From contig CM119386.1 in assembly GCA_051294905.1 (NCBI GenBank), forward strand, positions 8,804,001 to 8,868,000: a stretch of 64,000 nucleotides of DNA, in the 5' to 3' direction. Below, piece after piece: positions 1 through 64,000 of the stretch (within the stretch, counting starts at the first letter, position 1; every line of letters begins with the position of its first letter). The notes under the pieces are model-generated. The model saw nothing but the letters and a program-made list of their open reading frames with translations. It was not told the DNA's origin and did no database searches. A program made the translations under genes and the position numbers. This stretch comes from Botryllus schlosseri (Eukaryota).

Positions 1-1011
1 GGTTGACAGATAATGATTTAGGATTGATTCAGGGTATGTTGAGGTACGAAATACATGATGAACAAACAACTGCAGCTTCACAAAAACGTCTAAAGCATGA
101 CCGCTTTATTGTGAAGGAAACCGCCGTAGCCTATATGCCTTGTTTTCAACGAGGGAAAGCATAGGCGCTTATGCAAGTGGCGGCGGATTCCTAGTTTCAG
201 AAAGGATACATCATGATTGAATACAAAATATAAAGCTTAGCAACGACACTATAATTTGTGTGATCTTATTGGGCTCAGGTTGTAGTACATAGTTGAAATT
301 TTGAATGCTCTTGGGATCAGCTGAATCAGACGGTTAGGCTTGGCACTTATCAGATGTTTACAGCAAATTGAATTCACTTGTAACTGTTTTCAAAGTACCT
401 AATGATGCCGCAGAAACGAGGTGTAAATGTAAGCACAGACTATGCTTGATGTTATGTACAAACTATGCTGGATACTATGCACTATGCAGCTCTTTCTGTG
501 CTTACCTTTACCCCCTTTTCTGCACGATAATTAAGGACTTTGCCATATCATTGGCATCTCATATCCAGTATAGTATGTGCTTACTTTTACACCTCTATTC
601 TGCATCATCATTAAGGACTTTGACAACACTTGCAAGTGAAAACAATTTGATGTGAGCATCTGATAAGTGCCAAAAATAACCCGCTGATTCAGCCGATCCT
701 TGGAGCATTGAAAACTTAAACTATGTACAACAACCTGAGCCCAATAAGATCACACAAATTATAGTGTCGTTGCTAAGCTTTATTTTTGCTTTCAATGATG
801 ATATATCCTTTCTGAAACTAGGAATCCGTCGGCACTTGCATATGCGCCTATGCTTTCCCTCGTTGAAAATAAGGCATTTAGGCTACGGCGGTTTCCTTCA
901 CAATAAAGCGGTCATGCTTTAGACGTTTTTGTGAAGCTGCAGTTGTTTGTTCATCATGTATTTCGTACCTCAACATACCCTGAATCAATCCTAAATCATT
1001 ATCTAACAACC
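1..1011. mobile_element. Long-TIR (foldback) non-autonomous DNA element; the left end may extend beyond the window
   Basis: 1-356 is the reverse complement of 657-1011 (near-perfect over the outer ~125 bp, more diverged inward), with a ~300-bp spacer. No TSD is visible because the left flank is missing. Confidence 0.85.
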
Positions 1012-1416
1012 TACATACAATGCGCTTTCACAATCGCCGCCGGTAGCAGACCCTTGATCACCTAATCAGCAAGCTGACGCTGTGGTGTTCATTGAAGCAT
1101 AGCCGATTAGCCAATCAAAGGCCGTGGTTTCTTGATTACTAGTCTTCTCGCCGTTCTATGGTTGGTGGCACGCCCATTCTTCGGCAGCTACTTTCAAACG
1201 CTTTGCACGAAATCTAAACGGCCTTCCTGTGAGCTTCTTTTACGCCCATTGTCGTTTTTTATCAATAATCTATAGAATAAGACATTACAACATAGGATTA
1301 GTAAGATTTTCCAAATTTTGGACAACCCTAATATACATATATAGTTGTATAAACATACACATATCATCATTTATCATATACTCTATATACAAATATAAAC
1401 TCTATTTTTACCGCAC

Positions 1417-63266
<61,850 letters not shown>

Positions 63267-63511
63267 CTGCAGAGACAAACTCAAACTGAAGATATATCTG
63301 GGAGATGATTGTGAGTGTGCGTGATATATGGCGTGACTAAGCAATATACACATACTGATTTATTAATCAGTATTATATCTAGTAATTGATGTCACCCAAT
63401 TCGCCAACCATTCAAGTATATTAGCGACAGATAATATCTTGATACTTGGTAGCAGTCTGGAATGGCCTAATGTATGTTTATTGTTTGCCCTCGTTGGCTT
63501 TCCGTACTTAC

Positions 63512-63767
63512 AGTGCGCATCGTTGCTAGTGGTTGTGAGTACTCGTTCAAATGTGTTCTGCTGCTACCGCGGTCCGACCGAGATCGACTCGAGAATCCCT
63601 TTTCAAGTGTGGAATGTTTATGTAGGCTACCCATGCCCAATTGCCCATGCGATCCGGATAGCCGGCTACTACTGTATGTTTGGAGCTCAGCTATCACGAA
63701 GACCCTAGGTACGGGGCAAAATGACCATGACCAATGACCATCGATGACGAAACGCCTTGAATACCAT
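63512..63767 (-). CDS. Candidate first coding exon (signal-peptide-like start), reading frame interrupted
   Basis: ATG at 63767 reads MVFKAFRHRWSLVMVILPRT-stop. A shifted frame stays open to a strong GTAAGT donor at 63511, but its phase (0) does not match the next exon (needs phase 2). Confidence 0.25.
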
Positions 63768-64000
63768 TGAACACGACTACAGCGTCGTATTCTGATCTGG
63801 TTGCAATGGTGTTTATATTATATTCTGTAATTGAGTTGACCTCACGTCAGCCGGGTAACGTCGCATACCGTATAAACTTACCTCTGGTCATTACAAAATG
63901 CTACAAAATGCCTTTCTCTGTGTGTTTATTGTTGCAATGCGAGTGATTTTACATCAAGCAGACCCCCAGTAGGCCTTATATTCCGCTCTCTATAGGCCGC

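Noticed and set aside
368-655. 95-aa ORF filling the spacer of the foldback element
   Set aside because: It has a TTG start, low complexity and no transposase motifs.
1020-1250. CCAAT-like boxes and a GC-richer stretch suggesting a promoter
   Set aside because: No associated ORF or TSS evidence; short motifs are expected by chance.
63390-63466. Possible small exon bridging the candidate first exon and the EMI exon
   Set aside because: It would require a 45-nt intron (63467-63511), shorter than any other in this gene, and the peptide is unconvincing.

Overview
This is AT-rich eukaryotic genomic DNA, probably from a marine invertebrate (deuterostome by inference; the species cannot be fixed from sequence). 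Nearly the whole window is one giant minus-strand gene. I traced 63 GT-AG exons by hand from 63266 to 1417, with consistent phases and no in-frame stop: about 18.8 kb CDS, about 6,260 aa. The gene continues beyond the left edge and its signal-peptide exon is unresolved. The protein is gel-forming-mucin/VWF/SCO-spondin/hemocytin-like: EMI-like domain, 5 EGF, a D1-D2-D'-D3 (VWD-C8-TIL) assembly, Cys-rich TIL/VWC-like/LDLa islands in Thr-rich linkers, then at least 14 F5/8 type C (discoidin, FA58C) domains interleaved with Thr/Ser/Glu-rich mucin segments. Part of the discoidin array arose by tandem duplication of a nine-exon block. Introns are crowded with non-autonomous DNA transposons: hAT MITEs with 8-bp TSDs (one nested), two long-TIR foldback elements, a 6-bp-TSD element and a possible tRNA-derived SINE. 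I found no prokaryotic features, CRISPR array, rRNA or intact transposase. All coordinates were counted by eye and could be off by a base in places.
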